Assembly (NCBI GenBank): GCA_964543655.1 | Contig: CAZIZE010000033.1 | Span: forward strand, 1 to 37,426 | Direction of reading: 5' to 3' | Length of the DNA stretch: 37,426 bases | DNA from: an uncultured bacterium | GTDB lineage: Bacteria > DYJV01 | Position numbers and translations under genes: made by a program | Part shown: positions 27,927 to 37,426 of the stretch, piece by piece | How positions within the stretch are numbered: the stretch's first letter is position 1 | How the letters are laid out: each line of letters opens with the position of its first letter | The notes under the pieces: generated by a model | The model's database searches: none | What the model saw: only the letters and a program-made list of their open reading frames with translations | Told to the model about the DNA's origin: nothing

Positions 27927-29939
27927 ATGATGCATTATAGAAATTGGTTTATAATTATAATAATTTTTTTAACTCTATATTATACAAGCATATTTTCTGC
28001 AAATTTTTATATTCTTCCAGATATAATAGTGCAGTCATCTAAATATTCTCAATTAGAAAAAAGTCCTTACACAAAAACAGTAATTAATGTTGAAAAGCAT
28101 AAATTTGAAGAGAAAACCCTTGGTGAGCTTCTTGAAACAGCGCCTGGAGTTCATGTAACATCTCTTGCTGGACGAGGTTCATATACTACTATATCTATAA
28201 GGGGAAGCACTTCATCTCAGGTGCTTGTGTATATTGATGGCATACTTGTAAATAATGGTGGAGAGAGCAGTGTTGATCTTAGCACAATTCCAGTGGAAGA
28301 TATAAAAAAAATAGAAATTTACAGAGGAAATATTCCTCCTAAATTTGGTAGAGCTGGTATTGGAGGCGTTATTAATATTATAACAAAAAAGCGCTCTTCC
28401 ATGTTTAATAGTAGGCTTTCATATGGTAGTTTTAAATTTTATCAAATGGAAAACAATATTAATTATAACTTTAAAAATTTCAACAATTTCCTTAATATAT
28501 CTTTTGAAGGAAGTACAGAAGATTATCCTTATTATAATGATGACAACACTCCTTTTAATAAAACAGATGATTATCACGCACACAGGAGAAACAATTATTA
28601 TAACCAGAAAAATATTTTGTATAATTTGAGAAAAATTTTTAATACCTCTATTTTAAATATTACTTATAGACATTTCTACAAACACAAAGAATTACCTGGA
28701 GCTGCTCCAGCAAGAGATACTGAAAGTAGCGATACAGATGCATCATTAAATAGAATCAGAAATCAAGTTGAACTTTCATATTCATATAATTACAAAAATG
28801 CTATTTTTGGCATTCAAGGATACATTGGCAGAGAAAGAAAATATTTTAACAATCCTCATTATGCTCTTGGAATGTATAGTTTATTGAAATCAGCCTATTA
28901 TACACACAAAAATGGTTTTAATTTTTCATTTGATTTATCAAAAAATAATCTTTTAAATTTTAAATTTTATTTAACAAAAAATTTTGAAAATTTAAAAACA
29001 GATTTTACACCTAATACTTCTTTTTTAATTGATTCAAAATACAACAGGAAAGAAACTGATCTTACTATTTCAAATAAATTTTTCTTATTCAAAAAAAGTT
29101 TGATAATAGAGCCAGTGTTTAGAAAAAATATAATTACTGATACCAATTATAACAGTAATGTAAAATCACATTTTAATAAAAACTCTAAGTCAGCAGGAGT
29201 TAAATATTTTTTACCTTTTATAACATCTTTTAATCCATATATAAAATTTAATTATGGAAAGTTTTTCAGATTTCCTAATTTTTACGAAAAATTTGGTGAT
29301 GGAGCCACTCTCCTTTCAAGTGAAGGATTAAAACCTGAAAATAGTATTAACAGAGATTATGGTTTTGGTTTTAATTACTATTTCAATAAATACCCTTTTT
29401 CTATTTCAGGAGATTTTACCTATTTTAATAATTATGTGAAAGATCTTATTGAATTTGTAATGGTAAATGAAAGATACTCTAAATATAAAAATATTGAAAA
29501 TGCTAAAATAAAGGGATATGAAGTATTATTAAATTTCAATTTTAAAATAATCAATATAATAATGAATTACTCCAAACTTGATGCAAAATCAGGACAATTT
29601 GGCTATAAAAAAAACAAACCTTTACCAAATAGGCCAGAAAATTCAGCATACATGAGAATACAGCTTAATCTAAAAAAATTTTCTTACTGGATTGATGGTA
29701 ATAAAGTAGGCAAAAACTATTTTGACGATGGTGGTTATTACTATTACAATGATTATACAATATTTAATACTGGTTTTATCTACTCATACACCAAACATTT
29801 GAAATTTAGCATTACTGTTAAAAATTTTACCAACAATCAAGATATGTATGCTTATGCTGCTGGATACAATGTTCCGAAAACACCATACTATCCACTAAAA
29901 GGTAGGAGTTTCTATTTATCTATTAATTATAATTGGTAA
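27927..29939 (+). CDS. TonB-dependent outer-membrane receptor, probably corrinoid (BtuB-like)
   Basis: TonB-box-like LPDIIVQS; plug motifs PGV, SIRGS, VLVYIDG, IEIYRG, GGVINIITK; LKPE; C-terminal GRSFYLSINYNW. Confidence 0.9.
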   Translation: MMHYRNWFIIIIIFLTLYYTSIFSANFYILPDIIVQSSKYSQLEKSPYTKTVINVEKHKFEEKTLGELLETAPGVHVTSLAGRGSYTTISIRGSTSSQVLVYIDGILVNNGGESSVDLSTIPVEDIKKIEIYRGNIPPKFGRAGIGGVINIITKKRSSMFNSRLSYGSFKFYQMENNINYNFKNFNNFLNISFEGSTEDYPYYNDDNTPFNKTDDYHAHRRNNYYNQKNILYNLRKIFNTSILNITYRHFYKHKELPGAAPARDTESSDTDASLNRIRNQVELSYSYNYKNAIFGIQGYIGRERKYFNNPHYALGMYSLLKSAYYTHKNGFNFSFDLSKNNLLNFKFYLTKNFENLKTDFTPNTSFLIDSKYNRKETDLTISNKFFLFKKSLIIEPVFRKNIITDTNYNSNVKSHFNKNSKSAGVKYFLPFITSFNPYIKFNYGKFFRFPNFYEKFGDGATLLSSEGLKPENSINRDYGFGFNYYFNKYPFSISGDFTYFNNYVKDLIEFVMVNERYSKYKNIENAKIKGYEVLLNFNFKIINIIMNYSKLDAKSGQFGYKKNKPLPNRPENSAYMRIQLNLKKFSYWIDGNKVGKNYFDDGGYYYYNDYTIFNTGFIYSYTKHLKFSITVKNFTNNQDMYAYAAGYNVPKTPYYPLKGRSFYLSINYNW

Positions 29940-29959
29940 ATTATAAAGAGAGGTGTAAA

Positions 29960-31840
29960 ATGAAAAAAATATTAATTATCTTTTTTTTAATGATACTTTT
30001 TACAAAATTTCTATATGCTGACTACAACAGAATAGTTTCCCTAAATCCATCTATAACCCAGATGCTGTTTGCACTTGGTGAAGGAAACAAAGTGGTAGGG
30101 GTAACCTATCATGATACTGTGCCATTTGAAGCTACAAAAAAAACAATAGTAGGAGGTTTTTTTGCTCCTGACATAAAAAGAATTTCTAAGCTGCATCCTG
30201 ACCTAATATTCTGTGCAAAATTTCATAAGAATGTAATTAATCATTTTGAAAATAAAGCAAGAATTATTATTTTAAATGCTCATTCTATTGAAGATATTTT
30301 CAAAAACATTCAATTTCTTGGAAAATTTTTCAAAAAACAGAAAAAAGCAGAAGAAATCATCACTAAAATAAAAAAAGAGATAGCTCTTATTCAGGAGAAA
30401 TTAAAATTTATACCTATAAATAAGAGAAAAAGGGTTATAAGAATTATGGGTAGAGGATATGTGCCTGGAAAGAATTCTTTTCAAATTGATGTGATTAAAA
30501 GAGCAGGTGGAATTCCTTTTATTCCAAAGGAAAAAGGTGATATTTATAAAATTTCATTAAAAGAATGGAAAAAATTTAATCCTGATATAATTTATGTTTG
30601 TGGAAATGACAAAAATTATCTTCATAATTTTTTTCAACAAAAAGGCTGGAGAGATGTTAATGCTGTAAAATACAATAGAATTTTTACTTTTCCATGTGTT
30701 TTAACATGCAGACCTTCAATTTACACAGGTTATTTTATTCAATGGTTAAGTGCCACCATATATGGAGACGAATTTTTTAAAGAAAAAAATATTATTACAA
30801 AGCATAAAATTTTAAACAAAAAGCCTCTTAAAAACAATTTTAATTTTGTTAAGTCAATCAATCTTGTATCTGGAATTATAAACGATTTTCCACATAAAAC
30901 ACTTTTAATACAATTTAACAACCCTGAAAAAATTCTTTCAACACTTGATGGCTTTAGAAAAGTAAAGTTTGTTGGAAATCATTATCTTGTTCCTCCTCGC
31001 TGGAATGAGGGGCACAAAAATTTTAAAAAATTTAAACAGGAAGTTGCAACAGCTCTTGGCATTAACTTAAGAAATTCTTCTCTTTTATATACTGGTGCTA
31101 ATATGAAAAATCTTGCTTACAATTTTGCTAAATTTAAAGATATTAAATTGGAAGTCTTTGCAACAGCTGGTGTTCGCTCAAATGCAATGAGATGTGGTTA
31201 TGAAAAGGGTATATTTATTAATCATGGTACAATTAATATAATTGTTTTAACAAATTTAAAATTAAGTAATAGAGCTATGGCAAGAACTCTTATAACTGTT
31301 ACAGAGGGGAAAACAGAGGCTCTTCAAGAACTTGATATTAGAAGCTCCTATAATCCCATAAAGTATCAAGCAACTGGTACCGGAACAGATAATATAATTA
31401 TTGTATCTGGAAATGGAAGGAAAAAAGATATAGCAGGAGGGCATTCAAAATTTGCCCAAATACTTGCAAATCTTGTAAGGATTTCTGTGAAACAGGCAAT
31501 TTTAAAACAGAATAGAATTATTGCAAATAGAAATATTTTCCAAAGGCTTGAGGAAAGAAATATAAGACTCTTTAATTTATCGAAAATATGTAGTAATTAC
31601 AATAAGAAAAATTTAAAAGAAAATATGTTAAAATTGCAAAATATACTTTTAAACAAAAAATATGCAGATTATTTAAAGACATGTTTTGCTCTTTCAGATA
31701 GTTATAATTATCATTTAATAAATAGTTACAAAATATTAAATATATCAAAACATATGAAAAATATTAAGGAAACTAACTATCCACCTGTAATTGATTATTG
31801 CATTGATAATATTTTAAACTTGGTGATTTATGGAGATTAA
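29960..31840 (+). CDS. Exported BtuF-type substrate-binding protein fused to a CbiZ adenosylcobinamide amidohydrolase domain
   Basis: Signal peptide from ATG 29960; RIVSLNPSITQMLFALG..VVGVT (helical-backbone SBP); CbiZ motifs TGANM, ATAGV..NA, GTINII, TEGK..AL, ATGTGTD. Confidence 0.85.
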   Translation: MKKILIIFFLMILFTKFLYADYNRIVSLNPSITQMLFALGEGNKVVGVTYHDTVPFEATKKTIVGGFFAPDIKRISKLHPDLIFCAKFHKNVINHFENKARIIILNAHSIEDIFKNIQFLGKFFKKQKKAEEIITKIKKEIALIQEKLKFIPINKRKRVIRIMGRGYVPGKNSFQIDVIKRAGGIPFIPKEKGDIYKISLKEWKKFNPDIIYVCGNDKNYLHNFFQQKGWRDVNAVKYNRIFTFPCVLTCRPSIYTGYFIQWLSATIYGDEFFKEKNIITKHKILNKKPLKNNFNFVKSINLVSGIINDFPHKTLLIQFNNPEKILSTLDGFRKVKFVGNHYLVPPRWNEGHKNFKKFKQEVATALGINLRNSSLLYTGANMKNLAYNFAKFKDIKLEVFATAGVRSNAMRCGYEKGIFINHGTINIIVLTNLKLSNRAMARTLITVTEGKTEALQELDIRSSYNPIKYQATGTGTDNIIIVSGNGRKKDIAGGHSKFAQILANLVRISVKQAILKQNRIIANRNIFQRLEERNIRLFNLSKICSNYNKKNLKENMLKLQNILLNKKYADYLKTCFALSDSYNYHLINSYKILNISKHMKNIKETNYPPVIDYCIDNILNLVIYGD

Positions 31841-32552
31841 ATCATTAATACTTGGAATTATTTTTACTCTAAGTATATTTGCCATTAAATCTGGGATAGG
31901 ATTGTATTATATTTTTTTTAAAAATGATAAAAGAAAATTTTTTATAATATTATCTACATTTTTATCTTATTTCATTCTTTTCTCTTTAAGTTATTTTATT
32001 CTTGTAAAAATAAATATTTTAAATTACTTCTCATATTTTGAAGGTTTTTTGAAAACAGGAATGTTGCTCCATTTTATACTTGCAATTGGAATGCTATGGT
32101 GGGGAATAAGTGTGCTTACCAAATTTGAAGAAAACTCAAAAGCATATTTAATGTTAATATTTCCCTGTCCTTTATGCTCAATTGTTATTTTTCTTGCAAT
32201 ATCTTTTTTAATTAAATTTATTGGAAAATACAATTTTTCTTATAATATAATGTTCTTTTTGGGTTTTATTTTATTGCAACTTATTACAATATCAGCATTA
32301 TTTTTATTTTCAAAAATATTAAAAGTCAAATATATTAATGATCTTCTTGGTTTTTCTTTAATAGGTATTGGTTGCTATTTTTTAATAACTTACTGCTTTG
32401 CACCTGCTTTTTCTCAGGTAAATAGAATCTACAGATTTGCCAGTTATTCTAAAATTCATTTTACATTTGACAAGAACTGGTTAATCTTATTTTTTTTTGC
32501 AATTACAATAATTTTAATGGGATTTTATGTAAATAAAAGGAGATTAAAATGA
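31830..32552 (+). CDS. Multi-pass membrane protein, DUF2162-like putative transporter
   Basis: About 7 hydrophobic segments; FAIKSGIG, GMLLH and PCPLC motifs; sits in the usual DUF2162-MotA-DUF2149-CobN neighbourhood. Confidence 0.7.
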   Translation: MEIKSLILGIIFTLSIFAIKSGIGLYYIFFKNDKRKFFIILSTFLSYFILFSLSYFILVKINILNYFSYFEGFLKTGMLLHFILAIGMLWWGISVLTKFEENSKAYLMLIFPCPLCSIVIFLAISFLIKFIGKYNFSYNIMFFLGFILLQLITISALFLFSKILKVKYINDLLGFSLIGIGCYFLITYCFAPAFSQVNRIYRFASYSKIHFTFDKNWLILFFFAITIILMGFYVNKRRLK

Positions 32553-33190
32553 ACTTCAGTGCACTATTGCAAACAATTATCTACATTATTTCATCATCTC
32601 TTCTAATCCCTGTTATGTTTTTACTTGTTTTTCTGTTACTATGGATGCTTTTCATATCAGGGATGTTGCTTTCTGAATGGATTGAAAGAAAAAAATTAAA
32701 AAAAATAGTAAATATAAACCTTTTACTTGATGGAGTTGCAGAAAAAAAGAAAATACCAGAAGAATATTTTGAATATTTTTCACTTTATGTAAAATCATAT
32801 TTTAAAAGATTAAATGAACTTATTTCATTAAAAGATAAACTTTTTGAAATTAAAGTGGAAAATCTTCTTCAGGAAAAAGAATTAAATATGTTAAAGGAAC
32901 TTGATAAAATAAAAATGGTAATTAGAATTGGTCCCAGCCTTGGGTTAATGGGGACATTAATTCCTATGGGTACAGGTCTTGCCTCTCTTGGCCAGGGTGA
33001 TATTACAAAACTTTCCTCAAGCCTAATTATAGCATTTACAACTACCGTTGTTGGCTTGGGCTTAGGAGTAGTTGCATTCTTTTATGGGTCAATTAAAGAG
33101 AGATGGATTCAAGAAGATATGAAAAATATGGAGGTTTTTACAGAAACCATTGCAAAATTAAATGGAAATTATTTAGGAGAAAGTAAATGA
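32549..33190 (+). CDS. MotA/TolQ/ExbB proton-channel family protein
   Basis: IGPSLGLMGTLIPM...LIIAFTTTVVGL. Confidence 0.88.
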   Translation: MNFSALLQTIIYIISSSLLIPVMFLLVFLLLWMLFISGMLLSEWIERKKLKKIVNINLLLDGVAEKKKIPEEYFEYFSLYVKSYFKRLNELISLKDKLFEIKVENLLQEKELNMLKELDKIKMVIRIGPSLGLMGTLIPMGTGLASLGQGDITKLSSSLIIAFTTTVVGLGLGVVAFFYGSIKERWIQEDMKNMEVFTETIAKLNGNYLGESK

Positions 33191-33525
33191 AATTTATAAA
33201 AAAAAGAAGATTTTCTGAAAAAATTCAGGCATCAGAAGATCCCCTTTCTGGTGTTGCAAACCTTTTTGATGTAGGGCTTGTGTTCATTGTAAGCTTATTA
33301 CTAACAGTTATGAGTGTTTATCATATTACAGATTTTTTCAGTAACAAATCTGAAATTACTATAATGAAAAAGGATAGTAATGGTAAACTTGAAATTATTA
33401 TGAAAAAAGGGAAAATTATTAAAGCTTATAAAGCTACTGAAAAGATTGGAGAAGGTGAAGGTGAAAAACTTGGCACTGCTTATAGATTAAAAAATGGCAA
33501 AATTATTTATATCCCTGAAAAATGA
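33187..33525 (+). CDS. DUF2149 single-pass membrane protein (ExbD/MotB-like partner)
   Basis: EDPLSGVANLFDVGLVF transmembrane segment with an intramembrane Asp; GEGEKLGTAYRL..GKIIYIPE. Confidence 0.82.
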   Translation: MKFIKKRRFSEKIQASEDPLSGVANLFDVGLVFIVSLLLTVMSVYHITDFFSNKSEITIMKKDSNGKLEIIMKKGKIIKAYKATEKIGEGEGEKLGTAYRLKNGKIIYIPEK

Positions 33526-36500
33526 AAAAATTTTTTTATATTTTATTTATAGTTTTTTATTTTTGTAATTTTGCAAATGCAAAATCATACAAAAAAATTT
33601 TGTTTCTAATTGGTGAGCCATATAGCGGAGTTCTCTCAAAAGCAATAAAAAATATATCAATACAGAATCCAGATAAAAATATATCTCAAAATGTTACCTT
33701 TGTTGTTAGAAAAAATTTCTCTCAAGTTAATACGAAATTTTTATCAAAATACTCTATATTTCTTATAGACACAATGTATCCCTCTACAAAAAGAATAATA
33801 AAAATTATTCCATCTAACAAAAAAATTTTCTCTTTAAGAGCGCCTAATGGTGGTTATTCAACAGAATTTAATAATAAATTAATCTTTGATAAAAATATCT
33901 TAGAATATTTTTCATTTCCTGAATTACAAAACAGTGAAAATCTTATAAAATATGTAATGAACTTAGAAAATAAAACAAAATTTAAAATAGCAAAACCTAC
34001 TCTTCTAAAACAAGTTTTTATAGCACATCCTGATAGTAAAAAGCTATTTACAGATTACAAAGATTACTTAAATTGGTACAAATCAAGTCATCATTTTAAA
34101 AAAAATGGTTTCTGGGTGGGAATTACATATTACAGACCTATGGTGAATAATAGAATGATTACTTCTTTAGTAAAACAGTTTGAAAAGGCTGGGATTAATG
34201 TAATTGTTCTTTACAGTTTTCCAGATTATCTTGCAATAAAAAAATTTCTTTTGCCTCATAAAGTTGATTTATTAATAGGAATATCTTTCAAATTTTCTGC
34301 GTCCCTTGATAAAAAGGGTAAAACTACTCTTTCAAAATTAAACGTTCCAGTGTATAATGGAATATCATTATTTCAAACATCAGAAACAGTTTGGGCTTTA
34401 TCTAATAAAGGTCTAACACCATTTGAAGTTTCATTTCAAGTTGCCCTTCCTGAGCTTGCAGGTATTATAGAACCTACTGTAATAGCATCAAAGGAAAGGA
34501 TATTTGATCCTTACACTCAAAAAGATATATTTGTGAGTCAAACAATTAATTACCAAGTTAAATGGTTAATAAAAAGAATTAAAGCTATGAGGAATCTTCA
34601 AATAAAACCGAACAGAGATAAAAAAATCGCTATATTTTATTACAATCATCACCCAGGAAAACAGAATATAGGTGCAAGCTATTTAAATGTTATGAAATCG
34701 CTGTCAGTTATTTTAAACTCATTAAGAAAACATGGTTACAACATACCTGCAAAGGTGAAACTTAACTATAATACATTAAAATCAGAAATGCTCCTTTCTG
34801 GTAGAAATGTTGGTAATTATGCTCCTGGTGAAATTGATAAACTTGTAAGCAGTGGAAAAGTTGTATTATTGCCAATAAAAAAATATAAAAAATGGATAAA
34901 AAATGTTCCTACAAATTTCATAAATCCTGTTTTAAAAAAATGGGGAAAGCCTGAAGATAGTAAAATTATGGTTTACAAAAATAATTTTATTATTCCAATG
35001 GTAAAAATTAGTAAAAATATTATAATATTACCACAACCATCAAGAGGATGGGGGCAATCACCACTAAAAATGTATCATGATGTAACTTTGCCTCCTCATC
35101 ATCAATATATTGCTGTTTATTTGTGGTTAAAAAAGATTTTCAAAGCAGATGCAATTATTAACCTTGGAACACATGGTACTCAAGAATGGCTACCAGGCAA
35201 GCAGGTTGGAACTATTTACTGGGATTATGGTGATTATTTGGTACAGGATATTCCTGTTCTCTATCCTTATGTAATGGATGACATTGGAGAAGCAATTCAG
35301 GCAAAGAGAAGAGGAAGAGGTATAATTATTAGCCATCTTACTCCTGTTATGAAAAAAGGTAACCTTTTTGGAAAATATCTTAAACTTGCAGATAAAATAC
35401 AGCAATACAGCATTGCTCTTACAAAGGATAAAGAGCTTGCAAGACAAAAATTCTTAGAGATTAAAGAGCTTACAAAAGCAACAGGAATTAATAGAGATCT
35501 TAGATTAAGAAAAATCACACCTGATGCTGTTGAAAAAATAGAACATTATCTAATTGATTTAAAAGAGCAAACCTTGCCTTATGGGCTTCACACCTTTGGT
35601 AAAATTAGCAATAAAGGTGCAAAAGATTTTGCTTCATTACTTGCAAAAACTTATCCTAATTACAAAAAAAATTCATCTAAATATTTTTATAATATTTTAA
35701 AACAGAGCGCTAAAAATGAAATAAATAATCTATTAAAAGGACTAAATGGAGAATATATCTCCCCGGGCCATGGTAATGACCCTCTCCGATCTCCAGATGC
35801 GTTACCTGCAGGTAGAAATCTTTATGCATTTGATTCAAGCAAAATTCCTTCAAGAGAAGCTTACAACCTTGGTAAAAAACTTGTAAATGAGAGTATTTTT
35901 AAATTTAGAAAAGAACATAACAATCATTATCCCAAAAAGGTTGAAATTATTTTATGGAGTGTTGAAACTTGTAGAGATGAAGGCATAGCTGTTAGCCAGG
36001 CAATGTATTATATGGGTATAAAACCGGTATGGGATTCAAGAGGGAGAGTAAAAGGAGTTGCTGTTATACCAGGAAATATTTTAAAAAGGCCACGAATAGA
36101 TGTTGTTATGCAGCCATCTGGTTTATTTAGAGATATGTTTCCAAATTTAATTAAACTTCTTGATAAAGCTATTAATTTAGCTGTAAAACAGAGAGATATT
36201 GAAAACTTTTTAAAAGAGAACTCAGAAACATTATATAAAACATTAATTAAAAAAGGTTATAATAGGAAAGAAGCAAAAATTTTATCTAACATAAGAATAT
36301 TTGGTGAACCGCCAGGTGCATATGGAACAATGGTAGCAAAATTAACTGGAAGTTCTGGATTATGGGACAACAGCTCTGAAATTGCTGCTGTTTATATTAA
36401 CAGACTTTCCTATGGCTATTCAACTAAATATTGGGGGAAGCCTTTAAAAAAATTGTTTAAAGAGAATTTAAAAAATGTAGATACTGTTATTCATACTTTA

Positions 36501-37418
36501 TCAAGTAATCTATATGGGACAATGGATAATGATGATATGTTTCAATATGCTGGTGGAGCAGTGCTTGCAATTAAATCTATTACAGGAAAAACTCCAGAAC
36601 TTTACATTTCAAGAAGTGAAAATTCTCAAAAAGTCTATGTTGAAGATATTAATAAAACTATTGGCAAAGAATTTAGAATGAGATACACTAATCCCGCATG
36701 GATAAAAGCAATGAAGAAAGAAGGTTATGCAGGTGCAAAAGAAATGAGTAATTTTGTTGATTATATGTGGGGTTGGCAGGTAACTGTTCCAGATTCAATT
36801 GGAAAGAGAAAATGGAAAGAAACATTTGATGTTTATGTAAAAGATAAATACAATCTTGGTTTAAAAAAATTTTTTGAAAAAGAAAATCCATGGGCATATC
36901 AATCTATTACTGCAAGAATGCTTGAAGCTATTAGAAAAGGATATTGGAAGGCAGATAAAAAAATATTGCAAAAATTATCCGTTGAATACGCTCTAAATGT
37001 TATAAACAGAGGAGTTGCGTGTTGTGATCATACCTGTAATAATCCTGCTTTAAATCAAATGGTAGTTAACATAATTTCCCTTCCAGGTGTAATGAGTCCT
37101 GAACTTGTGCAAAAATTTAAAGCAATAATCACAAAAGCTATGGGTAAATCATTAAAAAAATCATTAAAAGATCGTGAAAAATTGCTTAAAAAAATATCAA
37201 ACATAGTTAAAAATATGAAAAGTAAAAATATAAACGGTAAAACAGAGACTAAAAAAGTAGTAAAAGGTTATGAATTAAAAGAAGAAACTAAGAAAAAAGA
37301 AGATTCTCAAGCAACAAGTTCAGGAATTCAGTGGTATTTAATGCTCTTTGTATTTGCAATAATAGTGGTAATATTTTCAGGAATAATTAAAATTCAAATA
37401 AAGTCAAAAAGAAGTTAA
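33522..37418 (+). CDS. CobN/ChlH-family chelatase-like protein with N-terminal signal peptide and C-terminal membrane anchor
   Basis: KKIAIFYYN, PPHHQYIAVYLWL, GTHGTQEWLPGK, AKRRG, LPAGRNLY, RPRIDVV, SGLFRD, DNDD, NPAWI..M..EGY.GA; AxA signal (NFANA); hydrophobic tail WYLMLFVFAIIVVIFSGII followed by basic residues. Confidence 0.9.
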   Translation: MKKFFYILFIVFYFCNFANAKSYKKILFLIGEPYSGVLSKAIKNISIQNPDKNISQNVTFVVRKNFSQVNTKFLSKYSIFLIDTMYPSTKRIIKIIPSNKKIFSLRAPNGGYSTEFNNKLIFDKNILEYFSFPELQNSENLIKYVMNLENKTKFKIAKPTLLKQVFIAHPDSKKLFTDYKDYLNWYKSSHHFKKNGFWVGITYYRPMVNNRMITSLVKQFEKAGINVIVLYSFPDYLAIKKFLLPHKVDLLIGISFKFSASLDKKGKTTLSKLNVPVYNGISLFQTSETVWALSNKGLTPFEVSFQVALPELAGIIEPTVIASKERIFDPYTQKDIFVSQTINYQVKWLIKRIKAMRNLQIKPNRDKKIAIFYYNHHPGKQNIGASYLNVMKSLSVILNSLRKHGYNIPAKVKLNYNTLKSEMLLSGRNVGNYAPGEIDKLVSSGKVVLLPIKKYKKWIKNVPTNFINPVLKKWGKPEDSKIMVYKNNFIIPMVKISKNIIILPQPSRGWGQSPLKMYHDVTLPPHHQYIAVYLWLKKIFKADAIINLGTHGTQEWLPGKQVGTIYWDYGDYLVQDIPVLYPYVMDDIGEAIQAKRRGRGIIISHLTPVMKKGNLFGKYLKLADKIQQYSIALTKDKELARQKFLEIKELTKATGINRDLRLRKITPDAVEKIEHYLIDLKEQTLPYGLHTFGKISNKGAKDFASLLAKTYPNYKKNSSKYFYNILKQSAKNEINNLLKGLNGEYISPGHGNDPLRSPDALPAGRNLYAFDSSKIPSREAYNLGKKLVNESIFKFRKEHNNHYPKKVEIILWSVETCRDEGIAVSQAMYYMGIKPVWDSRGRVKGVAVIPGNILKRPRIDVVMQPSGLFRDMFPNLIKLLDKAINLAVKQRDIENFLKENSETLYKTLIKKGYNRKEAKILSNIRIFGEPPGAYGTMVAKLTGSSGLWDNSSEIAAVYINRLSYGYSTKYWGKPLKKLFKENLKNVDTVIHTLSSNLYGTMDNDDMFQYAGGAVLAIKSITGKTPELYISRSENSQKVYVEDINKTIGKEFRMRYTNPAWIKAMKKEGYAGAKEMSNFVDYMWGWQVTVPDSIGKRKWKETFDVYVKDKYNLGLKKFFEKENPWAYQSITARMLEAIRKGYWKADKKILQKLSVEYALNVINRGVACCDHTCNNPALNQMVVNIISLPGVMSPELVQKFKAIITKAMGKSLKKSLKDREKLLKKISNIVKNMKSKNINGKTETKKVVKGYELKEETKKKEDSQATSSGIQWYLMLFVFAIIVVIFSGIIKIQIKSKRS

Positions 37419-37426
37419 ATTATTTT

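Noticed and set aside
32549-33525. Flagellar stator or standard ExbBD/TolQR
   Set aside because: The partner is DUF2149-type with no OmpA-like or ExbD periplasmic domain, and no tonB, tolA or flagellar genes are adjacent.
33522-37418. Canonical cobN for aerobic de novo B12 synthesis
   Set aside because: The signal peptide, membrane anchor, and absence of cobST and ring-synthesis genes in the window argue against it, so no gene symbol is given.

Overview
AT-rich window from a diderm, probably anaerobic bacterium; the gene content resembles Desulfobacterota, but the taxon cannot be determined from this sequence. From left to right: (1) the 3' part of an acetoacetate-decarboxylase-family gene, a heptamer-repeat spacer, a cytoplasmic Mo/W-bisPGD oxidoreductase and a translationally coupled BamB-type tungsten enzyme (class II benzoyl-CoA reductase catalytic subunit) with no bamC next to it. 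(2) A cruciform inverted-repeat element and a lone CgeB-like glycosyltransferase. (3) panBCD behind a pan-RNA hairpin with terminator/antiterminator. (4) A convergent Bacillus-like beta-oxidation operon (acyl-CoA ligase, TetR FadR, fadN, fadA, fadE) with two FadR-type operators. (5) Hydantoinase-like gene, PPC/DUF296 gene and ispG, then a divergent DHH-CBS tRNA nucleotidyltransferase. (6) A ~14 kb cobalamin-riboswitch-led envelope locus: a secreted protein with three Cys-containing repeats, a beta-propeller, a TonB-dependent receptor, an exported BtuF-CbiZ fusion, DUF2162, an ExbB/MotA-like protein, DUF2149 and a signal-peptide-bearing, membrane-anchored CobN-like protein. Locus 6 and the orphan BamB module are the best candidates for undescribed systems. 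Family assignments rest on motif recognition from memory; no database search was run.
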